The position numbers were made by a program, and so were the translations under genes. A stretch of 64,000 nucleotides of DNA from Thermococcus sp. JdFR-02 (lineage in GTDB: Archaea; Methanobacteriota_B; Thermococci; Thermococcales; Thermococcaceae). Below are positions 28,657 through 38,247 of the stretch, in pieces. How positions within the stretch are numbered: the first letter of the stretch is position 1; each line of letters opens with the position of its first letter. The DNA is taken from assembly GCA_002009975.1 (NCBI GenBank), contig MTLP01000012.1, positions 128,001 through 192,000 of the forward strand, written 5' to 3'. A model generated the notes under the pieces. The model ran no database searches and was not told where the DNA came from. It saw only the letters and a program-made list of their open reading frames with translations.

Positions 28657-29219
28657 GCGAAGTTTTAAATGTCGAGCAAGTTCTTGAAAAGCTCAAAAAT
28701 ACTCTAGGAGATGCCATGCTTAGCTATGAGATTAGGGAATATACAATGGGAGTTAAAAGGCAAAGAAAGCTCTATGAAATATGGGCAGAAATAGACAAAG
28801 ATGCATTCAGAAAAGCTGTTGAGACAATTTTTGCCATTGATTACCCACATTTACACTTTATAACTGGAGAAGACACTGGTGGAGAAGTAATAAAGATGAT
28901 ATACTCATTTGGAATTTTCCACACACGTCCTTGGGGTGAAATAAGCATAACACTGAAGTTTGATCTTCCTAAGAGCAACCTTATACTTCCAACTATAACT
29001 GATCTCATGATGGGTGCTGAAACAAACGAGAGAGAAATCAGGGAAATGCTTGGAGTAGAATTCGATGGCTTAAAGAACAAGAGACATCTGTTCTTACCAG
29101 ATGATTGGCCAGAAGGCAAATATCCATGGAGGAGAGATGAATATGGAGTTGAAGATATGATTAAACACACCCACAAAAGCGTTAAGGAAATAAGGAAGGA
29201 GCGTGGTGAAAGTGGCTAA
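28653..29219 (+). CDS. mbhK: Mbh subunit K (NuoC-like)
   Basis: EREIREMLGVEF.GL...RHLFLPDDWP.G.YPWR. Confidence 0.9.
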   Translation: MSEVLNVEQVLEKLKNTLGDAMLSYEIREYTMGVKRQRKLYEIWAEIDKDAFRKAVETIFAIDYPHLHFITGEDTGGEVIKMIYSFGIFHTRPWGEISITLKFDLPKSNLILPTITDLMMGAETNEREIREMLGVEFDGLKNKRHLFLPDDWPEGKYPWRRDEYGVEDMIKHTHKSVKEIRKERGESG

Positions 29220-30438
29220 AAGCACCTATTATATCCCTGTTGGTCCAATTCATCCAGCTTTAAAGGAGCCTATTAGAGTAGAAGCAGAAGTAGAGGGTGA
29301 GAAAATAGTAAAAGTTGATGTTAAGAGAGGTTTTGCTCACAGAGGAATAGAGTACATGGGCATGAAGAGGAATGCAATACAAACCCTCTACCTTTCAGAG
29401 AGAATCTGTGGAATATGTTCAATCTCTCACCCCTATGCCTTTGTAATAACAGCAGAAAAAGCTTTGGGAATTGAGGCTCCTCCAAGGGCTCAATATATTA
29501 GAACAATAATAGCAGAGCTTGAAAGAATTCACAGTCACATACTTTGGTTAGGGGTTATCGCTCACGAAATGGGTTTTGACACTCTGTTATTCTGGACATG
29601 GAAGGGAAGAGAGAAAGTTCTAGACTTACTCGAGTTCATAACAGGAAACAGAATAAACTATTCAATGTACATGATTGGGGGAGCTAGGAGGGACCTAAAA
29701 GAAAAGCACATTAGAGCAATAAAAGACGCTATAGACTATTATTGGAAGTTTACAGAACACATGAAAGAGATATTCCTCTCAGATCCAGTATATAAAGCGA
29801 GAACAAGAAATGTTGCAAAGGTTTCAAAGGATATTGCATTAAAGCTTAACCTTGTCGGACCAATTGCAAGGGCGGCTGGAATTAGAATGGATGTTAGACA
29901 GGATATGCCCTATGATGCCTATGCTGACATAGATGTCAGAGCAGTAGTTCCTCAGGATATAGTGGGAGAAGTGTATGGAGATGCTTATGACGTTACAATG
30001 GTTAGAATTTACGAGATAGAGCAAAGTTTGGACATAATTGAATACTGTGTTGACAATTTACCTGAAGGGAAAATCCTTGCAATTCCAAACTACGTAGCGC
30101 TTTTAGCTAAGATTAGAAGAACGAAGGGTGAAGCCATTGGTGCTCATGAAGCTCCAAGAGGAGAAGTAATTCACTACCTAAAATTTGACGGTAGAGACGG
30201 TCCAAGCGTTTGGAAGGTCATTGCTCCAAGCTACAATAACATAAACTCATGGGGACCATTGCTGATTGGCGCTGAAGTTGCTGATATTCCAATAGTAGTT
30301 GCTTACATTGACCCATGTATGTGTTGTAACGACAGAGTTGCAGTGGTTAAAACAAAGGATGGAAATGAACTTGGATATACTGAAATAAGAAAGAAATGTC
30401 TTGAAAAAACAGAAAAGATTAGGAGGGAGTTAAAATGA
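29203..30438 (+). CDS. mbhL: [NiFe]-hydrogenase group 4 large (catalytic) subunit
   Basis: Both Ni-binding motifs intact: ERICGIC and DPCMCCNDR, followed by a C-terminal extension. Confidence 0.93.
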   Translation: MVKVAKSTYYIPVGPIHPALKEPIRVEAEVEGEKIVKVDVKRGFAHRGIEYMGMKRNAIQTLYLSERICGICSISHPYAFVITAEKALGIEAPPRAQYIRTIIAELERIHSHILWLGVIAHEMGFDTLLFWTWKGREKVLDLLEFITGNRINYSMYMIGGARRDLKEKHIRAIKDAIDYYWKFTEHMKEIFLSDPVYKARTRNVAKVSKDIALKLNLVGPIARAAGIRMDVRQDMPYDAYADIDVRAVVPQDIVGEVYGDAYDVTMVRIYEIEQSLDIIEYCVDNLPEGKILAIPNYVALLAKIRRTKGEAIGAHEAPRGEVIHYLKFDGRDGPSVWKVIAPSYNNINSWGPLLIGAEVADIPIVVAYIDPCMCCNDRVAVVKTKDGNELGYTEIRKKCLEKTEKIRRELK

Positions 30439-31400
30439 CTCCCGAGACAATATTTTATAGCGTTGCTTTTCCACTATTGGGAGTTTTCCTTGGACTTGTC
30501 TATAAGGGTATTGATAGGAGAATTTCCGCAAGGCTGACCTCAAGAATTGGTCCACCAATAAGACAGCCATTCTGGGATGTTGGAAAGCTTTTGCTCAAAG
30601 AAACCATAGTACCAAAAAATGCTATAGCTTGGCTCTTCAATGCAATGCCAATTTTGGCTTTTGCATCTTCACTAACCTTGCTCCTTTACATACCATTTGG
30701 TGTCTTAAAAGCTCCATTAGAGGGTTATGGAGACTTGGTAGTTATCCTATACTTACTGACCCTTCAATCATTGGCAATGGCAATTGGAGGTTTTGCCTCT
30801 GGAAGTCCATTTTCATCAGTTGGTGCTCAAAGAGAAATGGTTTTAATGATGAGCTATGAAATGCCCCTAGCCACTGTAATAGTTGGATTTGCCCTAATTT
30901 ACAGAAGCTTTTCACTAACGACGATTGCATCAACACCAGTTTGGAGCATTGTAAGCCCATTAGCAGCATTTGGTGTATTGTTGCTCTTTGTTGCTCTATT
31001 GACTGTAACACCAGCAGAACTCGCTAAGCTTCCTTTTGACATTGCAGAGGCTGAAACCGAAATAGCAGAAGGTATGCTCGCAGAGTACAGTGGAAGAAAC
31101 TTGGCTTTATTTTACCTCTCAGATGCGGTTAGAGGATTTGCAATGGCTGCAATAGAGGTTGTATTGTTCTTCCCATTCACACTAAGCTCAATCTTGGGGT
31201 TGAGCTTAACAGGGTTTGCTTTGTATGCAGTGGAAGCCTTATGGTTCCTGCTTAAGGTACTCATAATCTATCTACTTGCAGTGACTTTAGTGAGAACTTC
31301 ATTCGGGAGATTCAAGATAGATCAGGCTTCAAGGATATTCTGGGTGCATGTGAACCTAGTGGCTTTGCTTGGATTGGCATTGATCTGGGTGGGGGTGTGA
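30435..31400 (+). CDS. mbhM: Mbh subunit M (NuoH-like)
   Basis: RIGPPIRQPFWD..KL, PFDIAEAETE..G...EYSG. Confidence 0.92.
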   Translation: MTPETIFYSVAFPLLGVFLGLVYKGIDRRISARLTSRIGPPIRQPFWDVGKLLLKETIVPKNAIAWLFNAMPILAFASSLTLLLYIPFGVLKAPLEGYGDLVVILYLLTLQSLAMAIGGFASGSPFSSVGAQREMVLMMSYEMPLATVIVGFALIYRSFSLTTIASTPVWSIVSPLAAFGVLLLFVALLTVTPAELAKLPFDIAEAETEIAEGMLAEYSGRNLALFYLSDAVRGFAMAAIEVVLFFPFTLSSILGLSLTGFALYAVEALWFLLKVLIIYLLAVTLVRTSFGRFKIDQASRIFWVHVNLVALLGLALIWVGV

Positions 31401-31403
31401 AAA

Positions 31404-31862
31404 ATGCCAACTAAAGTAATGTTTTTAATCTTAAAGCAGCTCCTCGAAAAGCCTTTCACAAATCCTTTCCCAGTTAAGCACGCTCCTAAAAATGTCACCG
31501 AGCTAATCGAGAAGGTTCAAAAGGGTGAAGTACAGATAAATCCACCTGTTCCTGTTCCAGAAGGATTTAGGGGTAAACTCCACTATGATCCCGAGCGCTG
31601 TATTGGATGTAGGCTTTGTATAATGGTGTGTCCAGCAGATGCAATGGAGTGGGTTCCAGAGCTTAAGAAAATTAGGCATTACGTTTCACGCTGTATGTTC
31701 TGTGCCCTCTGTGTTGACGTATGTCCAGGTAAGAAGTTCCCAGGAGAAGAAAAAGCAGTTAAAGCATTAAGCATGAGTGAAGAGTTCCTCTTAGCAGATT
31801 ACGACAAGTACAGTGATAATTTAATCGAAGAGCCACCTGAAGCTAAGGAAAAAGGTATCTAG
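31404..31862 (+). CDS. mbhN: Mbh subunit N (NuoI-like 2x[4Fe-4S])
   Basis: GFRGK, CIGCRLCIMVCP, CMFCALCVDVCP. Confidence 0.92.
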   Translation: MPTKVMFLILKQLLEKPFTNPFPVKHAPKNVTELIEKVQKGEVQINPPVPVPEGFRGKLHYDPERCIGCRLCIMVCPADAMEWVPELKKIRHYVSRCMFCALCVDVCPGKKFPGEEKAVKALSMSEEFLLADYDKYSDNLIEEPPEAKEKGI

Positions 31863-31885
31863 CTTTACCTCTTCTTTTTATACTT
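31863..31885 (+). terminator. T-rich terminator-like tract after the mbh operon
   Basis: Pyrimidine/T run between convergent genes. Confidence 0.4.
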
Positions 31886-32068
31886 CTATCTTACAATCCA
31901 AATTGTCCAAACCATTAAGATGTAAGTTATTATTCCCAGAGCTATGTGAATTTTTATCCATGATTCTTTATTCTTCTTTGAGAGATAGATAAAAGCTCCG
32001 CTGAGCATTGTTAAGTTCATAAATGCAAAGGTTAAATAACCTAAGAGGTAGTGATCCAGTGTAACCAT
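31886..32068 (-). CDS. Small 2-TM hypothetical protein
   Basis: Hydrophobic ORF with GAGGTGA SD, coupled to the nitroreductase gene. Confidence 0.7.
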   Translation of the reverse strand: MVTLDHYLLGYLTFAFMNLTMLSGAFIYLSKKNKESWIKIHIALGIITYILMVWTIWIVR

Positions 32069-32072
32069 TTTC

Positions 32073-32777
32073 TCACCTCGGGACACCTACTGGGAAGATA
32101 TACAAGGGTGTTCCATCAGTTTCGACTACTTTTGCCACTTCCTTGTCATAAAAAGCTCCAACAGCAACTGTTCCTAGGTTTAGAGCTGTAGCTTGTAGGT
32201 ATATGTTTTGTCCTATATGCCCAGCTTCTATGTGGACATATTGATAACCTCTTTCACCATAATATTTTGTTGTTCTCTCATAGAATGCAACTAAAACTAT
32301 ATCTATAGCGGCTTTTCCTACCCATTCTTGGTTTAAAGCAGCTTTTTGTAGCTCTTTTCTATAATCCCCTTCTTTTATCAATTCTAAGGTATGGTTAAAG
32401 GGATTGTAGTGATAAACGCCTGGTTTTAAACCCTGGACATTTCCAACTACAACATAGATTTCAAAGGGATACGTAGCTCCGGCACTTGGAGAAGCTCTAA
32501 ACTTCTTCTTTTTTTCTGTAATTCCCTGAGCAGCCCATAAGAGCTGGGAGAGTTGATCAAGTGTCAAAGGCTCATCTCTGTAGTATCTAATGCTCCTCCT
32601 CCTTGCTATTGCTTCCTCTACACTCATCTCTCCCTCATATCTTGGCTCAGGGAGTTGGACAATTTCGTCAGAATACTTTGGTAGAGTTTCTCTTTGTTCA
32701 AAAGATGGTTTGAATAATATCAAAAGTGAAGATATAAGCACCATTGCAACCACCAAGTAGGAAACTTTCCTATACAT
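32073..32777 (-). CDS. SagB/ThcOx-type nitroreductase-family flavoprotein with N-terminal membrane anchor
   Basis: RRSIR, LSQLLWAAQG, PSAGATYP, EAGHIGQNIYL; hydrophobic N-terminus. Confidence 0.88.
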   Translation of the reverse strand: MYRKVSYLVVAMVLISSLLILFKPSFEQRETLPKYSDEIVQLPEPRYEGEMSVEEAIARRRSIRYYRDEPLTLDQLSQLLWAAQGITEKKKKFRASPSAGATYPFEIYVVVGNVQGLKPGVYHYNPFNHTLELIKEGDYRKELQKAALNQEWVGKAAIDIVLVAFYERTTKYYGERGYQYVHIEAGHIGQNIYLQATALNLGTVAVGAFYDKEVAKVVETDGTPLYIFPVGVPR

Positions 32778-32809
32778 ATTTCATGAATCTGTCTTCATTA
32801 TATTTAAAG

Positions 32810-32862
32810 GCTCAGCTGACCGGTCGTCATCATCTTTCAGTTCAGGGAGTTCTCATCACAGC
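32810..32862 (-). ncRNA. C/D box guide sRNA
   Basis: Minus strand reads GTGATGA (C) - gaactccctgaa - CTGA (D') - aag - ATGATGA (C') - cgaccggtcag - CTGA (D); canonical spacing; GC-richer than flanks; intergenic. Confidence 0.88.
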
Positions 32863-32885
32863 TTTAAAAATTAGGAAGATAGAGG

Positions 32886-34829
32886 TTAAAGCTTCTTGCC
32901 CATTAACAGACCTATTGCCAAACCAAAGAGTATTCCAAGGACAGCAATTGCCCCAATCACTTCCTTTGGGGCTTCTTCTTTAGTAATGGTTGGACAGGTT
33001 CTATTTCCTTCGATTTGATGTTGTGTTGTAGTTTGTGGTGATGTAGGAACTAAATCCGGGGTTTCTATTATTTTTGGAGATTGTTTGCCTAAGAAGATTG
33101 TTGCCGTTTCTTTTGCATATTGATAGAATATCATTGCAGTTTGGATATTCTCAATCCCCTTTTGCTTTTCATAGCTTTGAGCAAATTCATAATATGCCAT
33201 TCCCAATATTGGGTAAACCCCTTGTTTTTGAGCGGTTGCAATTGCTATCTCCGCATCTTTTTTCATTTGAGAAAGCTTGTTCATTAAAACAGTCTCGTTT
33301 TCTATTCCTAGAGTGTCTAAGATAATCTGGGCTTTGATACGAGCTTCCATAGCTGAGAACAGAGCAGCTGAATACTTCCCATCTTCATAATATTGTTCAC
33401 CTTTATTTAGCCCCTCTAAAAGACCTTGCATCAAGCTTTCTCCAAACATGGAAGTTATATATGTAACCACGAGCTTTGAGTTGTCGAGATACTCTCTTGA
33501 AGTGTCTTTAATAACTTCCCTGCTTATTTCCTCTCCAGTTGCATATTTTACTCCAAGTTTAGCCCAAAACTTTGCTGTTTGAATTCTTTCGTATGCATAA
33601 GCTGCATTGCTTACTGCATTCCAGTAATCTCCCTTGTAGTAACTGCTCCAGGCTTCTTTTAGAAGGGTTTTTGCCTGTTCAATTCTTTCTTCGCTTGCAG
33701 CAACAGCTTGAAGCATAGTAACTCCTTTAATGCTAAGATTTGAAACAAAGCTCTCTGTTTCCTTTATATCATTATCAACGATTTTAAAGAGGTTTTCAAC
33801 ATCGTTTTCATTTTTAATGTCTAAATACCAATCGACATGTCTGATAGCAATTCTAGCTTGGAAATCTTTGCTTAAAGCAGTGTAATACATCCCACTGTCC
33901 AATGCTCTTTTTGCATCATCTAATGTTTTTTTAGCATCATCGAGGGCTGCTTTTAGGTAAGAATAAGTTGTATAGCTTACATCGCTTTCTTTTAGTTTTT
34001 GCTCAACACTTTCATAGTACTTGGTAGTGTTTTCGTGATCCTTTATAGCATCTTCCTTTAGAAAGCTCGTGTCAATTTTAATGCTTTCTGGAGCTGTTGG
34101 TTTTTCAATTTTGTGACCTGTAAAGTAAAAGACAGCTTCATATATGTCTTTGACTTCCTTTACTTCTAAGCCCCATCTTTCCTTTGCGTATTCAACGACA
34201 TCTACTTTCTCAGTTTTACTTGTTATTTGGATTAAAGGTCCTACCTGTTTTTGCTCGGTGTGTTGAACAACTTGTATTCTTTGACCAGAAGGGATTAAAA
34301 AGAGCTTCGCTCCAACGCTATAAGCAGCGGAAGCTTTTTCCAAAATTCCTCCTACTGGACCTATCGTGCCATCTGGATTTATCATTCCGGTCATCATAAC
34401 ATCTTCCCTAAGTTTCCATCCTTTTAATGCGGCTATAATACCAACGGTCATTGTTCCTCCTGCGGAGGGTCCTCCAATTATTGGTGAATCCGCTCTAATT
34501 TGGATAAAGATGTCATATTTGTCCATATCAACTCCTAAAACTTGCCCTGCAACTTGTGCTGCTAATCTTGCTGAAGCCTGCATATCTAACTCCGCAAGGG
34601 GCCAAGTTTCTACATAAACGTGACCACTTCCAGGTGAGACTGTTATTATAAAATCTGTTGCAACACCTATTAGCTCTCCGCTTGATGTCTTTGAAACTGC
34701 AGGTGCTTTTATTGTAACGGTGTTCCCTTCACTTGGACATTGAGCTAATGTTAGAGGAGACAGAATTAGTACAATGAGCACGAACAAAAATGCCACGCTT
34801 TTTATCTCATTTTTCACTTTCACCACCAA
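32886..34829 (-). CDS. Archaeal Lon-like S16 serine protease, secreted with C-terminal TM anchor
   Basis: GGPSAG (Ser), MTGMINPDGTIGPVGGILEK (Lys), signal peptide, P/T-rich linker and TM. Confidence 0.9.
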   Translation of the reverse strand: MVVKVKNEIKSVAFLFVLIVLILSPLTLAQCPSEGNTVTIKAPAVSKTSSGELIGVATDFIITVSPGSGHVYVETWPLAELDMQASARLAAQVAGQVLGVDMDKYDIFIQIRADSPIIGGPSAGGTMTVGIIAALKGWKLREDVMMTGMINPDGTIGPVGGILEKASAAYSVGAKLFLIPSGQRIQVVQHTEQKQVGPLIQITSKTEKVDVVEYAKERWGLEVKEVKDIYEAVFYFTGHKIEKPTAPESIKIDTSFLKEDAIKDHENTTKYYESVEQKLKESDVSYTTYSYLKAALDDAKKTLDDAKRALDSGMYYTALSKDFQARIAIRHVDWYLDIKNENDVENLFKIVDNDIKETESFVSNLSIKGVTMLQAVAASEERIEQAKTLLKEAWSSYYKGDYWNAVSNAAYAYERIQTAKFWAKLGVKYATGEEISREVIKDTSREYLDNSKLVVTYITSMFGESLMQGLLEGLNKGEQYYEDGKYSAALFSAMEARIKAQIILDTLGIENETVLMNKLSQMKKDAEIAIATAQKQGVYPILGMAYYEFAQSYEKQKGIENIQTAMIFYQYAKETATIFLGKQSPKIIETPDLVPTSPQTTTQHQIEGNRTCPTITKEEAPKEVIGAIAVLGILFGLAIGLLMGKKL

Positions 34830-34938
34830 ATTTTCAAAAGGTTTTCTCTTTAATATCCCTTATGGTTCATGAATCTATATTTAGAGTTTTGAACCAATAT
34901 GTTTAATAACACCATGTTGAATTTGGTATGGGAAGGGT

Positions 34939-35481
34939 ATGGGGTTGTACTCATCTTTGATACGTAGAAAGTTCAGGAACATCGCTGGAAAAAGATATGA
35001 GCATGTTATAAGAGAGTATAGAGAGTTTTTATTAACCAAAGAGGAGATGGTTCTTCCAGAGATTAACTCTATTTTAATGCCTCTTGATAGATTTGTTAAG
35101 GAAATTCCCTTTGATGTCTATGATGTTTTATCCGCATATGATGCACGCGTTCTTTTGGTTTATATTATAGATTCACAGATTTTTCAGATAATTCGTCAAA
35201 CTCTTAACAAAGAAGCAAGTGAAGAGTTTAGGAAGAAGGAAGAAGAACAGGGGCTTAAAATTGTTAATAAAATTTCTAATGAATTAGAAAATTATGGAAT
35301 AAAGGTTCAGAGAAGGTTGTTCTTTGGAAATAAGAGCGAAGACATTATAAAGCTCGCTAAAGACCAAGATATGCTAGTTATATCAAAGGCTTATGGTTCT
35401 GAGATAACTAAAACTTCTCCTCTTAGTCCCATTGTTTTGAAGATCGTTCAGCATGTTTACATTCCAACTATAGTTTACTAA
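34939..35481 (+). CDS. Universal stress protein-like
   Basis: SILMPLD, VLLVYIID, MLVISKAYG...IVQHVYIPTIV. Confidence 0.75.
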   Translation: MGLYSSLIRRKFRNIAGKRYEHVIREYREFLLTKEEMVLPEINSILMPLDRFVKEIPFDVYDVLSAYDARVLLVYIIDSQIFQIIRQTLNKEASEEFRKKEEEQGLKIVNKISNELENYGIKVQRRLFFGNKSEDIIKLAKDQDMLVISKAYGSEITKTSPLSPIVLKIVQHVYIPTIVY

Positions 35482-35493
35482 GGAGGGAAATGG

Positions 35494-36768
35494 ATGAACA
35501 TGGAGACAATAGCACTTGCAGTGTTTATCTTTACCTATGCTTTAATTGTTAGTGAAAGAATCCATAGGGCTGTTGCTGCAATGTTTGGAGCATCTATAGT
35601 TTTATTCTTGAAAATAGTCCCATGGGAACGAGTCTCATACTATCTTGATCTGGATACCATATTTCTGCTTATGGGTATGATGATTATAGTGAACACTGCA
35701 AGGAATAGCGGTCTCTTTGAGTATATAGCAATAAAAACTGCTAAATTTGCAAAGGGGAACCCAATTAGAGTTTTATTGCTTTTTTCTGTTGTAACAGCTC
35801 TTGTAAGTTCAGTTTTGGATAACGTTACTACAGTTCTCCTTTTAACTCCCATGCTCCTCTATATAAGCAAACTTATGGAGCTAAGCCCAATTCCATTCCT
35901 TTTATCGGAAATATTTGCTTCTAATATTGGTGGAACGGCAACTCTAATAGGTGATCCTCCAAACATCATGATTGGATCTGCCGCTAATTTAAGCTTTAAT
36001 GAGTTCTTAACCAACATGGGCTTAATTTCACTGCTTGATTTTATCTTAATGCTTGGAGTGATATATATGGTTTATAACAGGGCATTAAACGTTAGTTCAG
36101 ATAAAAGAAGGAGAATAATTAATAGTTTGGAAAGCTTAGACGAAAAAGCTGTGATTAAGGATATAGTCCTTTTCAAGAAGTCAGTTGCAACGATCATTCT
36201 TGTAGTGTCTCTATTTTTCGTCCATGACAAAATTGGTATAGAACCAGCGGTTGTAGCATTATTTGGTGCATCTTTGTTACTCCTTTGGAGTATGGAAAAT
36301 CCAGAAGGGATTTTAGAGAGAATAGAGTGGACGGCTTTGTTTTTCTTTGGAGGACTTTTTATAATTGTTGGAGGATTGGAGGAGACTGGAATAATAGCAG
36401 AAGTTGCTAAGTGGGTTATTGGACACATACACAGCCAAGGAGAAGCCTTATTGGTGATAACTTGGTTTTCAGCATTTAGTTCGGCTATAGTTGATAATAT
36501 ACCTTTAACTGCGGCAATGATACCATTAATAAAGCACATGGGTAATTCCTTAAATATATATCCCCTTTGGTGGGCTTTAAGTTTGGGAGCTTGTTTAGGA
36601 GGCAATGGAACAGCAATAGGAGCATCTGCAAACGTTGTTGTTATTGGTATTGCAGAGAGGGAAGGTATAAAGATAGGCTTTGGGGATTTTCTGAAAATGG
36701 GGATGGTGATAATGGTGTTAACGGTTGCGTTGGGTGTGGGAATATTATGGATTAGGTATGTAGGGTGA
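35494..36768 (+). CDS. ArsB/NhaD/CitMHS (SLC13-like) transporter
   Basis: DNVTTVLL, ASNIGGTATLIGDPPNIMI, VDNIP, LGGNGTAIGASANVV. Confidence 0.9.
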   Translation: MNMETIALAVFIFTYALIVSERIHRAVAAMFGASIVLFLKIVPWERVSYYLDLDTIFLLMGMMIIVNTARNSGLFEYIAIKTAKFAKGNPIRVLLLFSVVTALVSSVLDNVTTVLLLTPMLLYISKLMELSPIPFLLSEIFASNIGGTATLIGDPPNIMIGSAANLSFNEFLTNMGLISLLDFILMLGVIYMVYNRALNVSSDKRRRIINSLESLDEKAVIKDIVLFKKSVATIILVVSLFFVHDKIGIEPAVVALFGASLLLLWSMENPEGILERIEWTALFFFGGLFIIVGGLEETGIIAEVAKWVIGHIHSQGEALLVITWFSAFSSAIVDNIPLTAAMIPLIKHMGNSLNIYPLWWALSLGACLGGNGTAIGASANVVVIGIAEREGIKIGFGDFLKMGMVIMVLTVALGVGILWIRYVG

Positions 36769-36773
36769 GTGTG

Positions 36774-37223
36774 ATGAAAATTTTAGTTCTTATAGATGGT
36801 TCAAAATGGAGTCAAAAAGCGGCTCTGCATGCGATAACTGTTGCAAAGAAGAAGAACGCCAAGGTTATACTTTTTTCCGTGTTGGATAGAAGAGAAGCAA
36901 AAGCAATGGCATTTAATTTAAGTGCAAGGAGTGAAAGATTTGAAGAGATAAAGAACTATGAGGAGCAAATATGGAGGGAGATGAAAGAAGGTATTAATGA
37001 TTTACTTTCAGATCTTCTTGCTTTTTGCAAGAGGGAAGGTGTTAACTGCTCAACAAAGATTGTGAAAGGAAATGCCAAGGAAGAGATATTGAAAGAAGCT
37101 AACAGTGGAAAATACTCTTTAATTGTTATGGGCGCTTACGGTAAAAGCGGGAAAACGAGAATAGGTAGTCTTTTGGAAGAACTCGCTGGGCTTATAAAAC
37201 CTCCTCTTCTAATTGTCCGCTAG
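36774..37223 (+). CDS. Universal stress protein UspA family
   Basis: KILVLIDGS, IVMGAYGKSG...GS, PPLLIVR. Confidence 0.9.
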   Translation: MKILVLIDGSKWSQKAALHAITVAKKKNAKVILFSVLDRREAKAMAFNLSARSERFEEIKNYEEQIWREMKEGINDLLSDLLAFCKREGVNCSTKIVKGNAKEEILKEANSGKYSLIVMGAYGKSGKTRIGSLLEELAGLIKPPLLIVR

Positions 37224-37449
37224 CTAGGACCTCCAAATACTTAATCTCCTTGACTCCACTAATTTTTTCTATCTCTTCTTTAAGCTCTTCCAGTCCTCTT
37301 CTTGATAATGGGATGAAAATCTTTCCCACAACGTCAAAGGGTCCAGTAACTACATAAGCTTCATCAAATCCAAGATCTTCTAACAGCTTTTTCTTTATCT
37401 CCTTTTCTTTTCCGGCTTCAGTTTTTATTAGGTAAATTGCAATTGGCAT
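37192..37449 (-). CDS. Stand-alone Lrp/AsnC ligand-binding domain protein
   Basis: YLIKTEAGKE, AYVVTGPFDVV, IEKISGV. Confidence 0.8.
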   Translation of the reverse strand: MPIAIYLIKTEAGKEKEIKKKLLEDLGFDEAYVVTGPFDVVGKIFIPLSRRGLEELKEEIEKISGVKEIKYLEVLASGQLEEEVL

Positions 37450-37451
37450 TT

Positions 37452-37727
37452 TCAATCCCCTTTCTTTGCTATTGCAACAAAAAAGAGTCCAAGGATCACG
37501 ACCTCTATCAACGTCACACCGACTTCAATGTAGTCTTTCTGAAGAGTTGGTAATAAGGCTGGGATATTTTCGAGAGCTTTTTTTACTATGAAGAAAGCAA
37601 AGGCTAACAAAAGAAACAGTACACTCTTTAAATGGCTCTTCTTATAGGCTATCCATGAGATAAAGCTTAGCATTACTGCAAATGTAATTACTATCAGGTC
37701 TAAAATCAAGTTGAGGTGTTCAATCAT
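37452..37727 (-). CDS. Small 3-TM membrane protein
   Basis: Hydrophobic; ISWIAYKKS motif; GGAGG SD; translationally coupled in operon. Confidence 0.75.
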   Translation of the reverse strand: MIEHLNLILDLIVITFAVMLSFISWIAYKKSHLKSVLFLLLAFAFFIVKKALENIPALLPTLQKDYIEVGVTLIEVVILGLFFVAIAKKGD

Positions 37728-38247
37728 TTTTCCTCCCTCCAATTTCGAGCAATAGGGCAATTAAATTATCAGACAGTTTGTCCCATAAAGATGGACGATA
37801 CTCGCTAATTACCCGAATTATAGTGTTAATATCATATTTTAAAGTATAAATGACATTTTTGCCATCTCTTTCACGTTCTACAATGTTGTTTTCATTGAGT
37901 ATTTTCATGTGGTAATTTATAGTGGCTTGAGTCAGATTCAGCTCTTTTGCTATCTCTGTTTGAGTTTTACTCCCAGTAGCAAGCAATAGTAGGATTTTTC
38001 TTTGAGTTTTATTTGAAATTACTCTTAACAGAGCTTCATATTCTCTTTCAAATTCTGCTGGAAAGATATGCCTCTTTCCTCCAACTTTCTTTGATTTTAT
38101 TAGTCCATTCTTTTCAAGAACGTTAAGGTGATACTGTAAGTTACCTATGCCAAGGTTTAGTTCCTCAGCTAACTTACGAAACGTTATTCCAGGGTTTTTT
38201 TGTATATACTCTAGTATCCTTTTGCGAGTTTCAGTCATATCCCTCAT
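37720..38247 (-). CDS. Double winged-HTH (ArsR/MarR-like) transcriptional regulator
   Basis: NPGITFRKLAEEL...LQYHLNVLE and TQTEIAKEL...INYHMKIL. Confidence 0.88.
   Translation of the reverse strand: MRDMTETRKRILEYIQKNPGITFRKLAEELNLGIGNLQYHLNVLEKNGLIKSKKVGGKRHIFPAEFEREYEALLRVISNKTQRKILLLLATGSKTQTEIAKELNLTQATINYHMKILNENNIVERERDGKNVIYTLKYDINTIIRVISEYRPSLWDKLSDNLIALLLEIGGRKND

Noticed and set aside
23849-31862. Mbx/Mbs (sulfane reductase) or complex I-like assignment
   Set aside because: The large subunit keeps both CxxC Ni-binding motifs and the 14-gene order with a single H subunit plus an I subunit matches mbhA-N
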